From the NCBI GenBank assembly GCA_963775465.1, contig CAVZIW010000001.1:192001-256000 (forward strand): a stretch of 64,000 bases of DNA. The letters are read 5' to 3'. The DNA comes from Candidatus Bathyarchaeota archaeon (lineage in GTDB: Archaea > Thermoproteota > Bathyarchaeia > Bathyarchaeales > Bathycorpusculaceae). The position numbers were made by a program, and so were the translations under genes. Below the pieces are notes generated by a model. It was not told the DNA's origin, ran no database searches, and worked only from the letters and a program-made list of their open reading frames with translations. Position 1 is the stretch's first letter; each line of letters opens with the position of its first letter. This document shows, in pieces, positions 40,661-52,366 of this stretch.

Positions 40661-42628
40661 TTACTTTGTTAGATGTTTGCGTAGTTCTGCGTAGGTTGCT
40701 TTGATGTCTTCGATTGAGCCTTCGTCTTCGATGGTGGATGTGTCGCCAAGTGGTGCTCCGGTTAGGACTGCTTTTAGGAGGCGTCGCATTATTTTGCCGC
40801 TGCGGGTTTTTGGTAGTTTGTTAACGATAATGACAGAGTCGGGAGTTGCTATTGGACCGATGGTTGTGCGGACGTGTTTTATGAGTTCTGTTCGGAGTTC
40901 ATCGGAAGCTGTAAATCCGCTACGTAAAGTAACGAATGCAACAGGGACTTCACCTTTAACTACGTCTTCTTTTCCCATGACTGCTGCTTCACTGACTGCG
41001 GGATGAGATACGAGTGCTGATTCGAGTTCGACTGTGCCGATTCTGTGTCCTGCAACTTTTAGGACTTCATCTGCTCTACCGAGTAACCAGTAGTAGCCGT
41101 CTTGGTCGCGTATGCTGTAGTCGCCTGAGACGTAGATGCCTGGCCATTTGCCAAAATATGCTGTTTTGAATCTTTCTGGGTCTTTCCAGAGTGTCATAAG
41201 CATGCCTGGCCATTGAGATTTGATGACTAGTGCACCTTTTTGGCCTGCTGGGAGTGATTGCCCTTTTTCGTCAACTATGTCGAGGTTGATGCCTGGCATA
41301 GGTAAGGTTGCGCTGCCTGGTTTGAGGGGTGTTAGTTCTATGCCTGCAGTTGGTGAGATCATGAATCCGCCGGTTTCAGTTTGCCACCAAGTATCGATAA
41401 TCGGTAAGCGTTCTTTGCCTATGACGCGGTAGTACCATTTCCATGCTTCTGGGTTGATTGGCTCGCCGACTGAGCCCAGGAGTCGTAATGTTGACAGGTC
41501 ATGTTTGTTGACTAATTCTTCTCCGAATTTCATGAACATTCGGACGGCTGTTGGTGTGCCGTATAGTATAGTGATACCGTGATTTTCAATCATTGACCAC
41601 CATCTGTCTTGTGCTGGGTAGTCGGGTGTTCCTTCGAAGAGGAAAGCAGTTATGCCGTGACTTAATGGTGCATAGACGTTATATGTGTGTCCGGTAATCC
41701 AGCCGATGTCTGCAACGCACCAATAGATGTCTTCGTCTGTTGGGTCGAATGCCCATTTGAGGGTCCAGTATGCCCAAACTAAGTATCCTCCGGTTCCGTG
41801 TTGGACACCTTTGGGTTTGCCTGTGGTTCCTGAGGTGTAAAGGATGAATAGTGGGTCTGTTGATTTCATGCTTTCGGGCTCAACATATGCGTTTGCACCG
41901 GCAGTTGTTAGTGCATCGCTGTACCAGACATCGCGACCTTCCTTCATTTGGACTGCTTGGCCTGTGCGTTTGACAACGATTACTTTTTCTATTCCTGGCA
42001 TGTTTGGAAGCGCACGGTCTGCGGTGTCTTTGATTGCTACTGGTTTGCCTCTGCGGAAGGATCCGTCTGCTGTGACTAGGATTTTTGCTCCACAGTCGTT
42101 AACTCTGTCAGCTAATGCTTCAGCGCTAAAGCCTGAAAATACAACTGCGTGGACTCCGCCTATACGAGCGGTTGCTAGCAAAGCTATTGGCAGTTCAGGA
42201 ATAACGGGCATGAATACTGCAACACGGTCTCCTTTTTGGAGACCATAGGTTTTCAACACTTTGGCAAGTTTATTGACTTCACGGTATAGTTGATAGTAGG
42301 TGTAAGTTTTGATTTCTCCCATTTCGCCTTCCCATATGTAGGCGAGTTTGTTTTTACGTGCGGTTTTAATGTGGCGGTCAAGGGCATTGTAGCTGATGTT
42401 GAGTTCTCCTTCGGGAAACCATTTGTAGAAGGGGGGGTTTGAATCATCGAGTACTTTTCCGAATGGCTTGAACCAGTCGATTGCTTTTGCTTTTTCTGTC
42501 CAGTATTCTTGCGGATTCTTTAGTGCCTTTTCCGATTCTTGACGTCTTTTTTCACCGTTACCAAATTTTGCTATACTTGGTGTGTATTTTTCATTGAACG
42601 GTAAACTAGCTTCTGACATTATTCTCAT
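40661..42628 (-). CDS. acs: Acetyl-CoA synthetase (AMP-forming)
   Basis: LYTSGTTGKPKG, WCVADIGWITGH, GSVGEPINP, DTWWQTETG, PKTRSGKIMRR. Confidence 0.96.
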   Translation of the reverse strand: MRIMSEASLPFNEKYTPSIAKFGNGEKRRQESEKALKNPQEYWTEKAKAIDWFKPFGKVLDDSNPPFYKWFPEGELNISYNALDRHIKTARKNKLAYIWEGEMGEIKTYTYYQLYREVNKLAKVLKTYGLQKGDRVAVFMPVIPELPIALLATARIGGVHAVVFSGFSAEALADRVNDCGAKILVTADGSFRRGKPVAIKDTADRALPNMPGIEKVIVVKRTGQAVQMKEGRDVWYSDALTTAGANAYVEPESMKSTDPLFILYTSGTTGKPKGVQHGTGGYLVWAYWTLKWAFDPTDEDIYWCVADIGWITGHTYNVYAPLSHGITAFLFEGTPDYPAQDRWWSMIENHGITILYGTPTAVRMFMKFGEELVNKHDLSTLRLLGSVGEPINPEAWKWYYRVIGKERLPIIDTWWQTETGGFMISPTAGIELTPLKPGSATLPMPGINLDIVDEKGQSLPAGQKGALVIKSQWPGMLMTLWKDPERFKTAYFGKWPGIYVSGDYSIRDQDGYYWLLGRADEVLKVAGHRIGTVELESALVSHPAVSEAAVMGKEDVVKGEVPVAFVTLRSGFTASDELRTELIKHVRTTIGPIATPDSVIIVNKLPKTRSGKIMRRLLKAVLTGAPLGDTSTIEDEGSIEDIKATYAELRKHLTK

Positions 42629-42716
42629 TCCTAAATTGTATGGGCTTACGCATTTGCCTCTGAGAATATAAGTTTTTCAGTTAGAAATAAAAAAAATAAA
42701 AATGAATTATATGTTT

Positions 42717-43319
42717 TTACTTTACTGGCAAAATTGGCAGAATTGTTTTCTGGTGCGCCTCGTTTAATACTTCTGCGATGCCAAGGTAAATTGCGCTAAA
42801 GCCGACGATTATGCCTTCGATGCCTGTGAGGTTGTTCCAGGTGAATGTTCCGAATAGTGTTGGGTTACCGGTTAGGTCTCTGATTGTTAGCATGAAGAAC
42901 AGTATGGCTAAACTTAAGAATACGAATTGGACAGCGCGGTTTGCTTTTAGCGTTCCAAAGAACATTGCGAAAGTAAATAGTCCCCAAAGGAAGAAGTATG
43001 CTGCCATCGCAGTTTCAGTAGGAGCGCTTAGTCCGGGTATAAAGGTTATTTTTGGCAAGATTAGCAGTAAAACAAGAGACCACCAGAACAAGCCGTATGA
43101 GCTGAAAGCTACAGTGCCAAATGTATTGCCTTTCTTGAATTCCATTATACCAACGATTACTTGCGCTAATCCACCGTAAGCAATGCCCATAGCGAGAATC
43201 ATTGTGTCAAGCGGAAATAGACCTGCGTTATGAAGGTTCAAAAGAACTGTGGTTAGTCCGAAGCCTAGAAGGCCTAAAGGTGCAGGGTTCGCCAATTTTG
43301 TTACTAGTTTATCGCTCAT
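42717..43319 (-). CDS. satP: Acetate uptake channel (SatP/GPR1/FUN34/YaaH)
   Basis: [29 protein letters not shown]. Confidence 0.92.
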   Translation of the reverse strand: MSDKLVTKLANPAPLGLLGFGLTTVLLNLHNAGLFPLDTMILAMGIAYGGLAQVIVGIMEFKKGNTFGTVAFSSYGLFWWSLVLLLILPKITFIPGLSAPTETAMAAYFFLWGLFTFAMFFGTLKANRAVQFVFLSLAILFFMLTIRDLTGNPTLFGTFTWNNLTGIEGIIVGFSAIYLGIAEVLNEAHQKTILPILPVK

Positions 43320-43368
43320 TTTTAATTTTTCACCGATTTTATGGTTTATCTGAAGTCTGCAAGCTTTT

Positions 43369-46137
43369 TTATAAAGCTTTGGAGGCGGGAATTTTTCTTG
43401 TTCGTGAAGTAACGTATTTGCCGATCTCTAGAGCAGAAAACACTGCAGCTGCAAAGAGTCCAGCGATTGCCCAGTCGATAAGTCCAGGCGCGTTAACGTC
43501 GAAGAGAACTTGGAGGCCTGGCACGTATAGGATAAGTAGTTGTAGTGCGAAGGATGAGGCGACGGCGTACCATAGGTATTTGTTTTTGAATATTCCAACT
43601 TTGAATATGGGGTATTTTAGTGATCGACATGAAATGGCTATGACTAATTCCATGGCTATCATCGCTGTGAGTAGCTGAGTTCTAGCTTCGAGTAGGCCCA
43701 ACTCGCTTGTCCAGGGCAAATGGGAGAAATATGCTGTTAACAAAAGAATCGTCATGAAAATCGGCACTGCGGTTAGGTAGGTTTTGACGTCTCGACTGAA
43801 TATGCTTTCGTTGGGTTTGCGGGGTTTTTGTTGCATCAAGTCAGGGTCACCTGGGTCTACACCTAAAGCTATGGCGGGCAATCCATCTGTAACTAGGTTT
43901 ATCCATAGAATCTGCACGGCAGTTAAAGCGATAGCTGCACTGTTTACCAATTCTATGTCTGATCCAGGCGAAAAGATTCGTGCGATGAAAGGAACGCTTA
44001 CGACAGCTATAAACATGACCAAGATTTCCATAATGTTGCATTGCAGAAGGAAGGTCAAGTATTTCTTGATGTTCCCATAGATTTCTCGGCCTTCTTTGAC
44101 GGCTTTAACGATGCTTGCAAAATTATCGTCTGCTAAAACCATGTCAGCTGCTTCTTTTGTAACTTCTGTGCCTGTAATGCCCATGGCAACGCCAATGTCA
44201 CTTATCTTCAATGCTGGAGCATCATTAACTCCATCACCAGTCATTGCAACGACTTCATCTTTTTTCTTCCATGCCTTAACAATTCGTGTCTTGTGCTCTG
44301 GAGCAACACGGGCATAAACCACCACTTTCTCCACAACTTGAGCGAGCTGTTCGTCAGTCATCTGCTCGAGTTCTTCACCGGTTAATACTTGGCTTTCTTG
44401 TACTTTTTCATCTAGCAAGTTAAGTTCCTTTGCCACGGCAGTGGCGGTGAGTTTGTGGTCGCCTGTAATCATGACAACTCGTATCCCGGCGCTCTTGCAG
44501 AGTCCAATTGCGTCTTTAACTTCCGTCCTTGGCGGATCTATCATACCCATGATGCCGACAAAGACGAAATCTTCTTCCATGCCTTCCTCGAAGTCTACAT
44601 TAGGCGGCAGATCCTTGTAGGCGAAACCAAGGTTTCGGAGGGCTTGCAAAGCCATAGCTTCAGTGATTTTATAATGTTTTTCACAGAGTTCTTTTGTTAA
44701 TAGCTGTACTTTTCCGTCAAGGAAGATTTTGCTGCACCGTTCCAAAACGATTTCGGGGGCACCTTTCATATAAGCTGTTTTTTTGTCTCCCAAAGTGTGT
44801 ATAGTGGTCATGCGTTTGCGTTCAGAGGAAAATGGAACTTCGGCTACACGTGGCTCTTGTTTTTCTAAATCGTCTTTGTTGATGTTTGCTTTCTGTGCTG
44901 CAACGACAAGAGCGCCTTCTGTTGGGTCACCCTTCACAGTCCATTTACCAAGTTTGGAGTCTTTTTCAAGGTTTGAGTCGTTACATAGAACTGCAGTTTT
45001 AAGTAGAATTTTTAAGTTTACATCTGGGGTAACTGTTTTGTTCTCTAATTGGAATTCTCCTTGGGGAGCGTATCCTATTCCTGTGACTTTGATGGTTTGA
45101 TCGTTTACGTAGAGACGTTGGACGGTCATTTCTCCTTTAGTCATAGTTCCTGTTTTGTCGCTGCAGATGACACTTGTACTTCCAAGCGTCTCAACGGCGG
45201 GTAACCGCTTCACGATGGTGCTAACCTTGGCCATGCGGTACATACCAATAGCAAGAGCGCCTGTTATGATGGCAGGCAAAGCTTCCGGGACAGCGGCCAC
45301 CGCAAGACTGATAGACCATAAAATCATATCTATGAGGGAACGTTGCTCAACAACTACTCCGACAACTCCAACGCTTATCGCAACAATTATGGCCAAAACG
45401 CCTATCCATTTGCCTACGCTGCCCATTCGTTTTTCTAAGGGTGTTTTTTCTTGAGGCGAAGCTTGAACCATCTCTGCGATTTTTCCAAATTCTGTTTTCA
45501 TGGCGGTAGTGGTGACTAATGCTTTGCCTCTTCCATAGACCACAACGGTTCCTGTGAAAACCATGTTGCGTCTGTCGTTTAACAATGTCTTCTCTGGCAG
45601 CTGTAAAGTGGATTTGTCAACAGGTGCTGATTCCCCAGTTAAGGAAGCTTCATCTGTTTTCATCATGAAAACTTCTAGAAGTCTAGCATCTGCAGGAATC
45701 TTGTCGCCTGTGTATAGAAGAATTATATCTCCTGGGACAAGTTGACTGGCAGGAATTTTTACTTCCTTGCCATCTCGAAGAACGCTGGCGGTAGGGGCTG
45801 TCATTTTCTTTAGGGCCTCAACTGCTTTTTCGCTGCGGTATTCTTGGGAAAATCCTAGAAGTGCACTAGCAACAACAATGGCAAGTATGATTAGTGCGTC
45901 TGCTACTTCTCCTACGGCAAACGAGAGACCGATAGCGAAGAGCAGGATAATCATGAGAACGTTAGTGAATTGACCGAGTAAAAGTTTGAGAGGGGACTTT
46001 CCTTTTTCTTTTTTGAGCTCGTTGGGCCCAAATTTTTCCTTGAGCTCTTGAGCTTGTTGGGTAGTTAAGCCTTGCTCAGTTACACCTAGTTGCTTTAGTG
46101 CTTCTTGCAAGGTCTTGCTATGCCATGAGTCGTTCAT
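43369..46137 (-). CDS. P-type (P2A, Ca2+-like) cation-transporting ATPase
   Basis: [40 protein letters not shown]. Confidence 0.95.
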   Translation of the reverse strand: MNDSWHSKTLQEALKQLGVTEQGLTTQQAQELKEKFGPNELKKEKGKSPLKLLLGQFTNVLMIILLFAIGLSFAVGEVADALIILAIVVASALLGFSQEYRSEKAVEALKKMTAPTASVLRDGKEVKIPASQLVPGDIILLYTGDKIPADARLLEVFMMKTDEASLTGESAPVDKSTLQLPEKTLLNDRRNMVFTGTVVVYGRGKALVTTTAMKTEFGKIAEMVQASPQEKTPLEKRMGSVGKWIGVLAIIVAISVGVVGVVVEQRSLIDMILWSISLAVAAVPEALPAIITGALAIGMYRMAKVSTIVKRLPAVETLGSTSVICSDKTGTMTKGEMTVQRLYVNDQTIKVTGIGYAPQGEFQLENKTVTPDVNLKILLKTAVLCNDSNLEKDSKLGKWTVKGDPTEGALVVAAQKANINKDDLEKQEPRVAEVPFSSERKRMTTIHTLGDKKTAYMKGAPEIVLERCSKIFLDGKVQLLTKELCEKHYKITEAMALQALRNLGFAYKDLPPNVDFEEGMEEDFVFVGIMGMIDPPRTEVKDAIGLCKSAGIRVVMITGDHKLTATAVAKELNLLDEKVQESQVLTGEELEQMTDEQLAQVVEKVVVYARVAPEHKTRIVKAWKKKDEVVAMTGDGVNDAPALKISDIGVAMGITGTEVTKEAADMVLADDNFASIVKAVKEGREIYGNIKKYLTFLLQCNIMEILVMFIAVVSVPFIARIFSPGSDIELVNSAAIALTAVQILWINLVTDGLPAIALGVDPGDPDLMQQKPRKPNESIFSRDVKTYLTAVPIFMTILLLTAYFSHLPWTSELGLLEARTQLLTAMIAMELVIAISCRSLKYPIFKVGIFKNKYLWYAVASSFALQLLILYVPGLQVLFDVNAPGLIDWAIAGLFAAAVFSALEIGKYVTSRTRKIPASKAL

Positions 46138-46179
46138 TTTAGGTCTCCATTCTCAAAGGTTTTCTATTTGTTTCATTTT

Positions 46180-46803
46180 CTAATTCTGCAATTTAATTTC
46201 TCTGAATTCAGGATGTTTTTGATGATAAATTTTACTGTGAATAAATAGAGAAATGCCTCCAAAAGCTAACGTTGTTAGGCTTAATAAAGTCAGGGTCCAA
46301 GCAAAGGCGCCTCCAAAGCTGATGATTTGTTTTTGCCATTCCCAAGGAAAAACATCCTTTATTCCAAGCGGCCATGCTCCAATTACTTGATAGGTGAACC
46401 CGAAAATTGTTAACACAATGGCTACCCGTTCTTTATTGTCTGTTGCTTCAGGTTTAATGGCATGGATACTGTAACCGCAAAGAATTGCGGTTCCTGCTAT
46501 TAGGGTTGGGAGACTTGTTGCAAAAAATATGGGGTTGATTAGGTTGCTTGAGAGGAAGGATGTAATTGGAAAGGGAAAGTAAGTTATGATGTTGTCTCCC
46601 CAATTTGATAATGTCCAACCACTAATTATGACTAAAGATAGGTAGTAGGCTCCATAAGCAGCTAAAGACAAGCCAAAGGAAACTTTATGCGCTTTTAAGG
46701 AATTGAAAATCTTTGAAATTGTTGTGTCGCTAGTTTTGTTAGTCATATTAGCACGCTTGTAGTATGTAGTGTTTTTTTCTGATATAACAGTTTTTGATAG
46801 CAT
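46180..46803 (-). CDS. Hypothetical polytopic membrane protein
   Basis: About 4 TM segments. Confidence 0.7.
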   Translation of the reverse strand: MLSKTVISEKNTTYYKRANMTNKTSDTTISKIFNSLKAHKVSFGLSLAAYGAYYLSLVIISGWTLSNWGDNIITYFPFPITSFLSSNLINPIFFATSLPTLIAGTAILCGYSIHAIKPEATDNKERVAIVLTIFGFTYQVIGAWPLGIKDVFPWEWQKQIISFGGAFAWTLTLLSLTTLAFGGISLFIHSKIYHQKHPEFREIKLQN

Positions 46804-46883
46804 CTTGAAACTTTAAAATGCTTTAAAAACTAAAGTTATAAAGCATTAGGCGTGAAGTAGTAGATGTTAGTTAAGGTGCTTTT

Positions 46884-47582
46884 ATGAAGTTTGAAACTCA
46901 AATCCAAGAGATTATCCCGCGCACTGATTTTGTTACAAGTTTTAGGTTTCCGCGACCTACAGAGTTAGATTACAAACCAGGGCAATTCTTTTTTGTAACA
47001 ATCAAACATGGCGACAAAAAATTACGTAAGCATTTCAGTTTTAGTAGCAGTCCAACTGAAAAAGATCATATAGAGTTTACTAAAAGATTAACGGATCATG
47101 AATTCTCTTTAGCTTTGAAAGTTGCAAAAGTCGGCGATTGGGCACGTATCGAAGCACCTTTTGGGAAATTTACTTTTGAAGGGGAATACCCAAAAGTTTC
47201 TTTGCTTGCAGGAGGTATCGGAATAACTCCTTTTCTGAGTTACTGTAAGAATGCTACGGATAAAGCTTTGAGCAGTAAAATTACACTTTTTTATGGTTGC
47301 CGCACGCCTGAAGATTTTCCTTTTAGAAAAGAATTTGAGATCTTGGCGCAACAAAATAAGAATTTAAAGTTGGTGTTCACTGTTAGTCAAGCTTCTCCTG
47401 ACTGGAAAGGTGAAACAGGTTCAATTGATGTGGATATGATTAAGCGGTATCTTCCTGATTATGAAGAAAACATGTTTTACACTTGTGGTCCCCCACCTAT
47501 GGTTGAAGCGATGGAGAGGCTCGTAGAGAGTTTGGGGTTGCCAAAAGAGAAGTTGAAACGAGAACTCTTTTCGGGCTATTAA
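46884..47582 (+). CDS. FNR-family FAD/NAD(P)-binding oxidoreductase
   Basis: PGQF, FSFSSSP, AGGIGITP, YTCGPPPM, ELFSGY. Confidence 0.9.
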   Translation: MKFETQIQEIIPRTDFVTSFRFPRPTELDYKPGQFFFVTIKHGDKKLRKHFSFSSSPTEKDHIEFTKRLTDHEFSLALKVAKVGDWARIEAPFGKFTFEGEYPKVSLLAGGIGITPFLSYCKNATDKALSSKITLFYGCRTPEDFPFRKEFEILAQQNKNLKLVFTVSQASPDWKGETGSIDVDMIKRYLPDYEENMFYTCGPPPMVEAMERLVESLGLPKEKLKRELFSGY

Positions 47583-47596
47583 CAAAAGAAGTGGGT

Positions 47597-48879
47597 TTAT
47601 GGGTAGAATCTGCGGGTGGTTCTTGGGAATGGAATTGCATCGATGATGTTGTCTAAGTCCAGCATCCAAACTAGTAAGCGTTCTAATCCCATGCCAAATC
47701 CAACGTGGGGTACAGTTCCGTAGCGTCGAAGGTCAAGGTACCATTCGTAGTCTTGGGGGTTTAAGCCTTGTTCTTTCATGCGTTGGGTGAGTGTTTCTTT
47801 GTTGTCTTCTCTTACGCCGCCTGTGCTGATTTCGCCGATTCGCGGAACCATCATGTCGACGGACATGGCGATTTCTGGATGGTCTTGGTAGGTTTTGCAG
47901 TAGAAAGCTTTGATTGAAGTTGGGTAATCGTAGACAAAGAAGGGTTTGCCGAAATCTTCTGCTAGGATTTTTTCGTCTTCGTAGCCAAGGTCTGAGCCCC
48001 AATCTAATGTTGGGTTTTTTGGTTTAAGGTGTTCGATTGCTTCTTTGTAGGTTATTTTTGGGAACGGTGCTTTTACGTTTTTTAGTTTTTCGATGTCGGC
48101 GCCTAGTTCTTTGAATTCTCTTTGACATTTTTCGGCGATGGTTTGGCAGATGTGGGTCATTAAGCCTTCTTCGAACTTCATTAAGTCGTTCATGTCGGCA
48201 AAAGGCCATTCACCTTCGATATGCCAATATTCTGTTAAGTGACGGATTGTTCGGCTTTTTTCTGCGCGGAAAGATGGGGCTATGCAGTAGACGTTTTCGA
48301 GTGAGTAGATGAGGATTTCGAGGTATAGTTGACTGCTTTGAGTTAAATATAAGTCTTGATCGAAGTACTTTAGTTCAAAAAGTGTGGAGCCGCCTTCGAC
48401 TGCTGCTGAGATAAACATTGGAGGTGAGACTTCAGTGAAGCTTTGGTTTTTGAAGTATTGTCGAGCAGCCTCTAAGACTTCTCCGCGTACTTTCATAACG
48501 AGGTTCATTTTTCTGCTTCTTAGCCAAAGGTGGCGCATGTCGCGGATGAATTCTTCGCTTTTGTCTTTTGAAATGGGGAAGGTTTCTGCTAGTCCAATGA
48601 TGCTGATGGTTTCTGCGGAAATCTCGTATCCGCCTGGGGCTCTTTTGTCTTCTTTGGCAGTTCCTTCCAAGGAGAGAGCTGATTCGATTGTTAGTTTTTG
48701 GGCTTCACTCCAGCAGGGGCTGGTTTTTTTTATGGTGGATTGGATTACGCCTGTTGAATCTCGTATTAGTATGAAGATTAGTTCTTTTCCTTCTCGTTTG
48801 CGATATACCCAACCGCGAACGCATACTTTTTTATCATTAATTGTCCGTCTAGTATGTTGCTTATTTTTACTGGAGTCAT
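47597..48879 (-). CDS. asnS: Asparagine--tRNA ligase (apparent 1-nt deletion near 48839-48840)
   Basis: RGWV.R.R, RHLWLRS, VEGGSTLF, LTQSSQLYLE, FRAEKSRT.RHLTEY, YLDLRRYG.VPH.GFG.G.ER. A more natural N-terminus, MTPVKISNILDGQ from ATG 48879, is one base out of frame. Confidence 0.92.
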
Positions 48880-49194
48880 CCTTGTTCAACTGTTTTCAGT
48901 ATATACTTGTCTTCAATCCTAAATGCCTATCGATTTGACAAGTTGAAAAATAGATGCTAAGGGTTATTCAAATGTTAACGGCATGTCGTTTGTATTAGTC
49001 AATAGAATCGCTTGTGGATTTTTGAATTGTCTCTCTCTGCTAGAACAACAACACTTGTTTTTTTCTGATTGTGTGGGGTTTGTTTTGGGCTTTTTTTTAC
49101 ATTGGTGTTTGTTTCGTCTGCTGATGCGGGTTGAAAAAGGTTTAAAGGGGTTGGAAATTGGTTTGGAAAGGTTGGATAAGCTTGGGGGTTCTAG

Positions 49195-49470
49195 TTGTCA
49201 ACGAATGCGCGAGTAAGGTTTAAGATAAAGCTGCAGTCGCATAATCGCTTCACAGCCCCAAAATACGTTCAACAGCTTTTAAAAATGGAACCTGACCGGG
49301 TTCTTCAAGTTCAAATAGACACTAGGGTGTGGGACGGTTCGCAGACTTTTCATTCGAGAATAACTAAGGATGAAAGAATAATAATTCCCAAACTCATAAT
49401 GGGTTTGCTTGAGAAACAAAATAAAGCGCCGGAAGGTAAAATATTAGAGATAACTCTTGAAGCCATATAA
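49195..49470 (+). CDS. Tandem AbrB/SpoVT-like swapped-hairpin DNA-binding protein
   Basis: Two repeats: KLQSHNRFTAPK..Q.LL..EPD.VL.V and RITKDERIIIPK.....EGKILEI. Confidence 0.55.
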   Translation: MSTNARVRFKIKLQSHNRFTAPKYVQQLLKMEPDRVLQVQIDTRVWDGSQTFHSRITKDERIIIPKLIMGLLEKQNKAPEGKILEITLEAI

Positions 49471-49540
49471 GAAGCAAGGACGGCTATTTTTTGCTGAGTT
49501 GTTCAAACCGAACTCTAATGCTTGATTGTAAATCAAGCGC

Positions 49541-50782
49541 TTATTTTTCTTTATCCTTTGGTTCTTGAACTTTCAGGTAAACAAATATTGAAAGGGGAAT
49601 AGATGTTGCCGCCAACAAGAGGAACGGAAGCTGAGGCGAAACGAACGCGTAGAGAATTCCAATTAAAACTTGAAGAAGAGCTTGCATTATGAACATGAAA
49701 AACTGCAAACACCCAGTAGCTGTTCCTCTTAGACTTCTAGGAACTAAATCGCCCATTAGAACATTGTAACTGTTGAGCTGCAGTAAATTTCCTAATCCGA
49801 AGAAGAAAAATGAAAGTAGCAGCATGTTAAAATCAGCATTCACGAAAAGAAGCATCCCTGGAAAAAAGAGTAAATACCCTAAAATTAAGAAACGTTTCCT
49901 TCCAAAGACATCCATACTTAAACCTGCCAGAATTCCTGGAATTGCGATGCTCAAATAACGGAAGGCTACAACAATAGCCCACTGTTCCAGTGAAATACTA
50001 AGAACGGATGTTGCGTATACAACAAAATATAATTGGCAACTCACAACTAAACCGTTAATGATTATTATGGAAATAAAAAGGTTGAAGGCAGATTTTGGGA
50101 TTTTACTCCAAACGCCGATTCCTTCCCGTACAGTCTGAGGATATTTACGCAACAAACCAATGATACTGGGTCTTTTGCTTTGCGAAGGCGGTAAAGTCTC
50201 TTTTAGTCTTAGCCGTATGGTGGCCACTGAAAAATAAGCTACAGCGGTAATCGTGTAAGCAATACGCATACCAATATCGAAATTGAAAGTCACAACCAAA
50301 TATTGAGCAATAAGCGGAGCGGGTAATAGAACAATCGTCGTGATTACTGATTGAAAACTAAATCCTGTTCCGCGGCTTTCCGGGGGTAGGGAATCAATAA
50401 CCATGGCCATCAAAGCTGGACCGTAAATCGAGCAGATATTCTGAATCAGAAGCCCAATTAAGATGAATTGCCATGAGGGAGCAAAAATAAAAAAGAGGCT
50501 TCCCAAAGCCAAACCGAAAGTCATTGAAACAATCAGCCAACGTCTTCCATGTTTATCCGCTAAGTATCCGCCTGGAAATTGGACGAGTGCTACTGCAATA
50601 GAGCCTGCAAAACCCATGACTGAAATCAAAAAGGTGTCGGCGCCCAAGTGTATGTAAAAGAGGCTTGCATAGGTGTCGGGTATTGGTTGGGCAGCGAACA
50701 TTATTATCCAAGTTAACGTAATGAGCAGGAAGTTGCCTCTTAGAACGGCGGAGTCTCCACGAAAAAGCGGTGATATTTTCAT
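49541..50782 (-). CDS. MFS transporter
   Basis: GGYLADKHGRR and GLSMDVFGRKR motif A; about 12 TM. Confidence 0.92.
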   Translation of the reverse strand: MKISPLFRGDSAVLRGNFLLITLTWIIMFAAQPIPDTYASLFYIHLGADTFLISVMGFAGSIAVALVQFPGGYLADKHGRRWLIVSMTFGLALGSLFFIFAPSWQFILIGLLIQNICSIYGPALMAMVIDSLPPESRGTGFSFQSVITTIVLLPAPLIAQYLVVTFNFDIGMRIAYTITAVAYFSVATIRLRLKETLPPSQSKRPSIIGLLRKYPQTVREGIGVWSKIPKSAFNLFISIIIINGLVVSCQLYFVVYATSVLSISLEQWAIVVAFRYLSIAIPGILAGLSMDVFGRKRFLILGYLLFFPGMLLFVNADFNMLLLSFFFFGLGNLLQLNSYNVLMGDLVPRSLRGTATGCLQFFMFIMQALLQVLIGILYAFVSPQLPFLLLAATSIPLSIFVYLKVQEPKDKEK

Positions 50783-50910
50783 TTATTGATAAAATCGGGC
50801 AAGAATTATTTAAATTAAGTCGAGCAATTGTGATACTTTAAAATCAATTGGGTCATTGTTGCCCACAATTCTTAAATCTCCCTTGCAACGAGCATATTTT
50901 GATAGACTAA

Positions 50911-52275
50911 ATGTATCCTAATGAAGAAGGCAGGTACAAGCTAAAAGCACTGAAAATTTCAGCAATTGCTATTTTTAGTGTTGTGCTTGTTGAAGTTTCA
51001 GTTGGTCTTCTGGTAAACAGTTTAGCTATAATGAGCGACGGCTTGCATGCACTGTTAGATGCACTGTCAAGCGTAATGTTGTTTTTTGCAGTTCGTGCAT
51101 CACTTAAACCGCCGGATGAGGAACACACATACGGTCACGAAAAATTCGAAACTATCGGTGGCTTAATTGGAGGAATCGTTTTAGTTGCCGTTGCATTTTT
51201 AATCTTCTACGAAGCAGGATTACGCCTGATTGAAAATACAGCTCTAAATTCAGGTGTCGAGTTCGCAGGTTTCATAGGTATTGCTTATGCTCTTTTCATA
51301 GCGTCTCTTAGAGTTACAGTTTTTAGAAAGACCCAGCATGTTCAAAGTCCCTCTATGAAAGCTGGGTTGTATGATGCTGTTGCTGATTTAAGCTCCACCG
51401 TGGTTGCACTTTTGGGTTTTGCCTTAGCGAGTTTGGGTTTGTCTTATGGAGACGCCTTTGCTTCAATCTTTCTGGGAGCCTTGCTTACCTATTTGAGTTT
51501 TAAACTAGTTAGGTTTAGTGTGATCGAGCTTAGCGATACTGCTTCAAAAGAGCTTGTCGCGAAAACAAGAAGAATAATTCTTTCTTGTAATGGAGTTGTT
51601 AAAGCTGAAAACCTTAAGGTACGTAAAGTTAGTTCTAAAATTTTTGTTGAATCTTCTGTTCAAGTTCCGAATTTAATGAGTTTAGAGGAAGCGCACTCTC
51701 TGGCTTCTAAAATAGAAAAATGTCTAAAAGACTCTTTAGGAACTGTGGATGCAACTATTCATGTTGAACCTTCGGATAAAGAAAAGAAAATAGGGAATCT
51801 CATTGGAAAGTTAGCAACTGTGGATGGCGTAAAAGAGGTCCATGATGTATTTACTAATTATGTTGAAGGTAAACTTTACGTCACCTTGCATGCTTATGTT
51901 AACCCTAATCTGTCAGTTGAAGAAGGTCATAGGATAGCTGAAATCATAGAAAAACGAATTTGTGAAGAGATCGAACAAATTGAAAATGTGACCGTCCACA
52001 TTGAACCCGCCGGCGTGGCTATGCCAGCAGAGGAAGTAGATGAAGAGCAGCTTAGAAAGATTGTTTACGAAGCAGCAAAGAACACTGGTGAGAATTTACA
52101 GATTAAGCGTGTTGTTACCTATTTTGCTGAAGAAAAACGTTATATCAATATTGATTGCTGCTTTACCAAATATATTCAAATTAAGGAGGCTCATAAAATA
52201 GCCTCCCAAGTTGAGAAAGAAACAAAAGAGCATTTTGCAAACGCAGTAGTTACCGTTCATATTGAACCAAAATAA
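50911..52275 (+). CDS. Cation diffusion facilitator with three C-terminal dimerisation domains
   Basis: SDGLH..LD, HTYGHEK.E; three ..EAH......IE....V.(I/V)H(V/I)EP repeats. Confidence 0.9.
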   Translation: MYPNEEGRYKLKALKISAIAIFSVVLVEVSVGLLVNSLAIMSDGLHALLDALSSVMLFFAVRASLKPPDEEHTYGHEKFETIGGLIGGIVLVAVAFLIFYEAGLRLIENTALNSGVEFAGFIGIAYALFIASLRVTVFRKTQHVQSPSMKAGLYDAVADLSSTVVALLGFALASLGLSYGDAFASIFLGALLTYLSFKLVRFSVIELSDTASKELVAKTRRIILSCNGVVKAENLKVRKVSSKIFVESSVQVPNLMSLEEAHSLASKIEKCLKDSLGTVDATIHVEPSDKEKKIGNLIGKLATVDGVKEVHDVFTNYVEGKLYVTLHAYVNPNLSVEEGHRIAEIIEKRICEEIEQIENVTVHIEPAGVAMPAEEVDEEQLRKIVYEAAKNTGENLQIKRVVTYFAEEKRYINIDCCFTKYIQIKEAHKIASQVEKETKEHFANAVVTVHIEPK

Positions 52276-52366
52276 AAAAAATAACTTTATCTTCAATATG
52301 AACTTCTTTAAAGGATATTTGAAACGGAGAACGTGATTATTTCAGAAGGAAAATAAGAAAAAAAGT

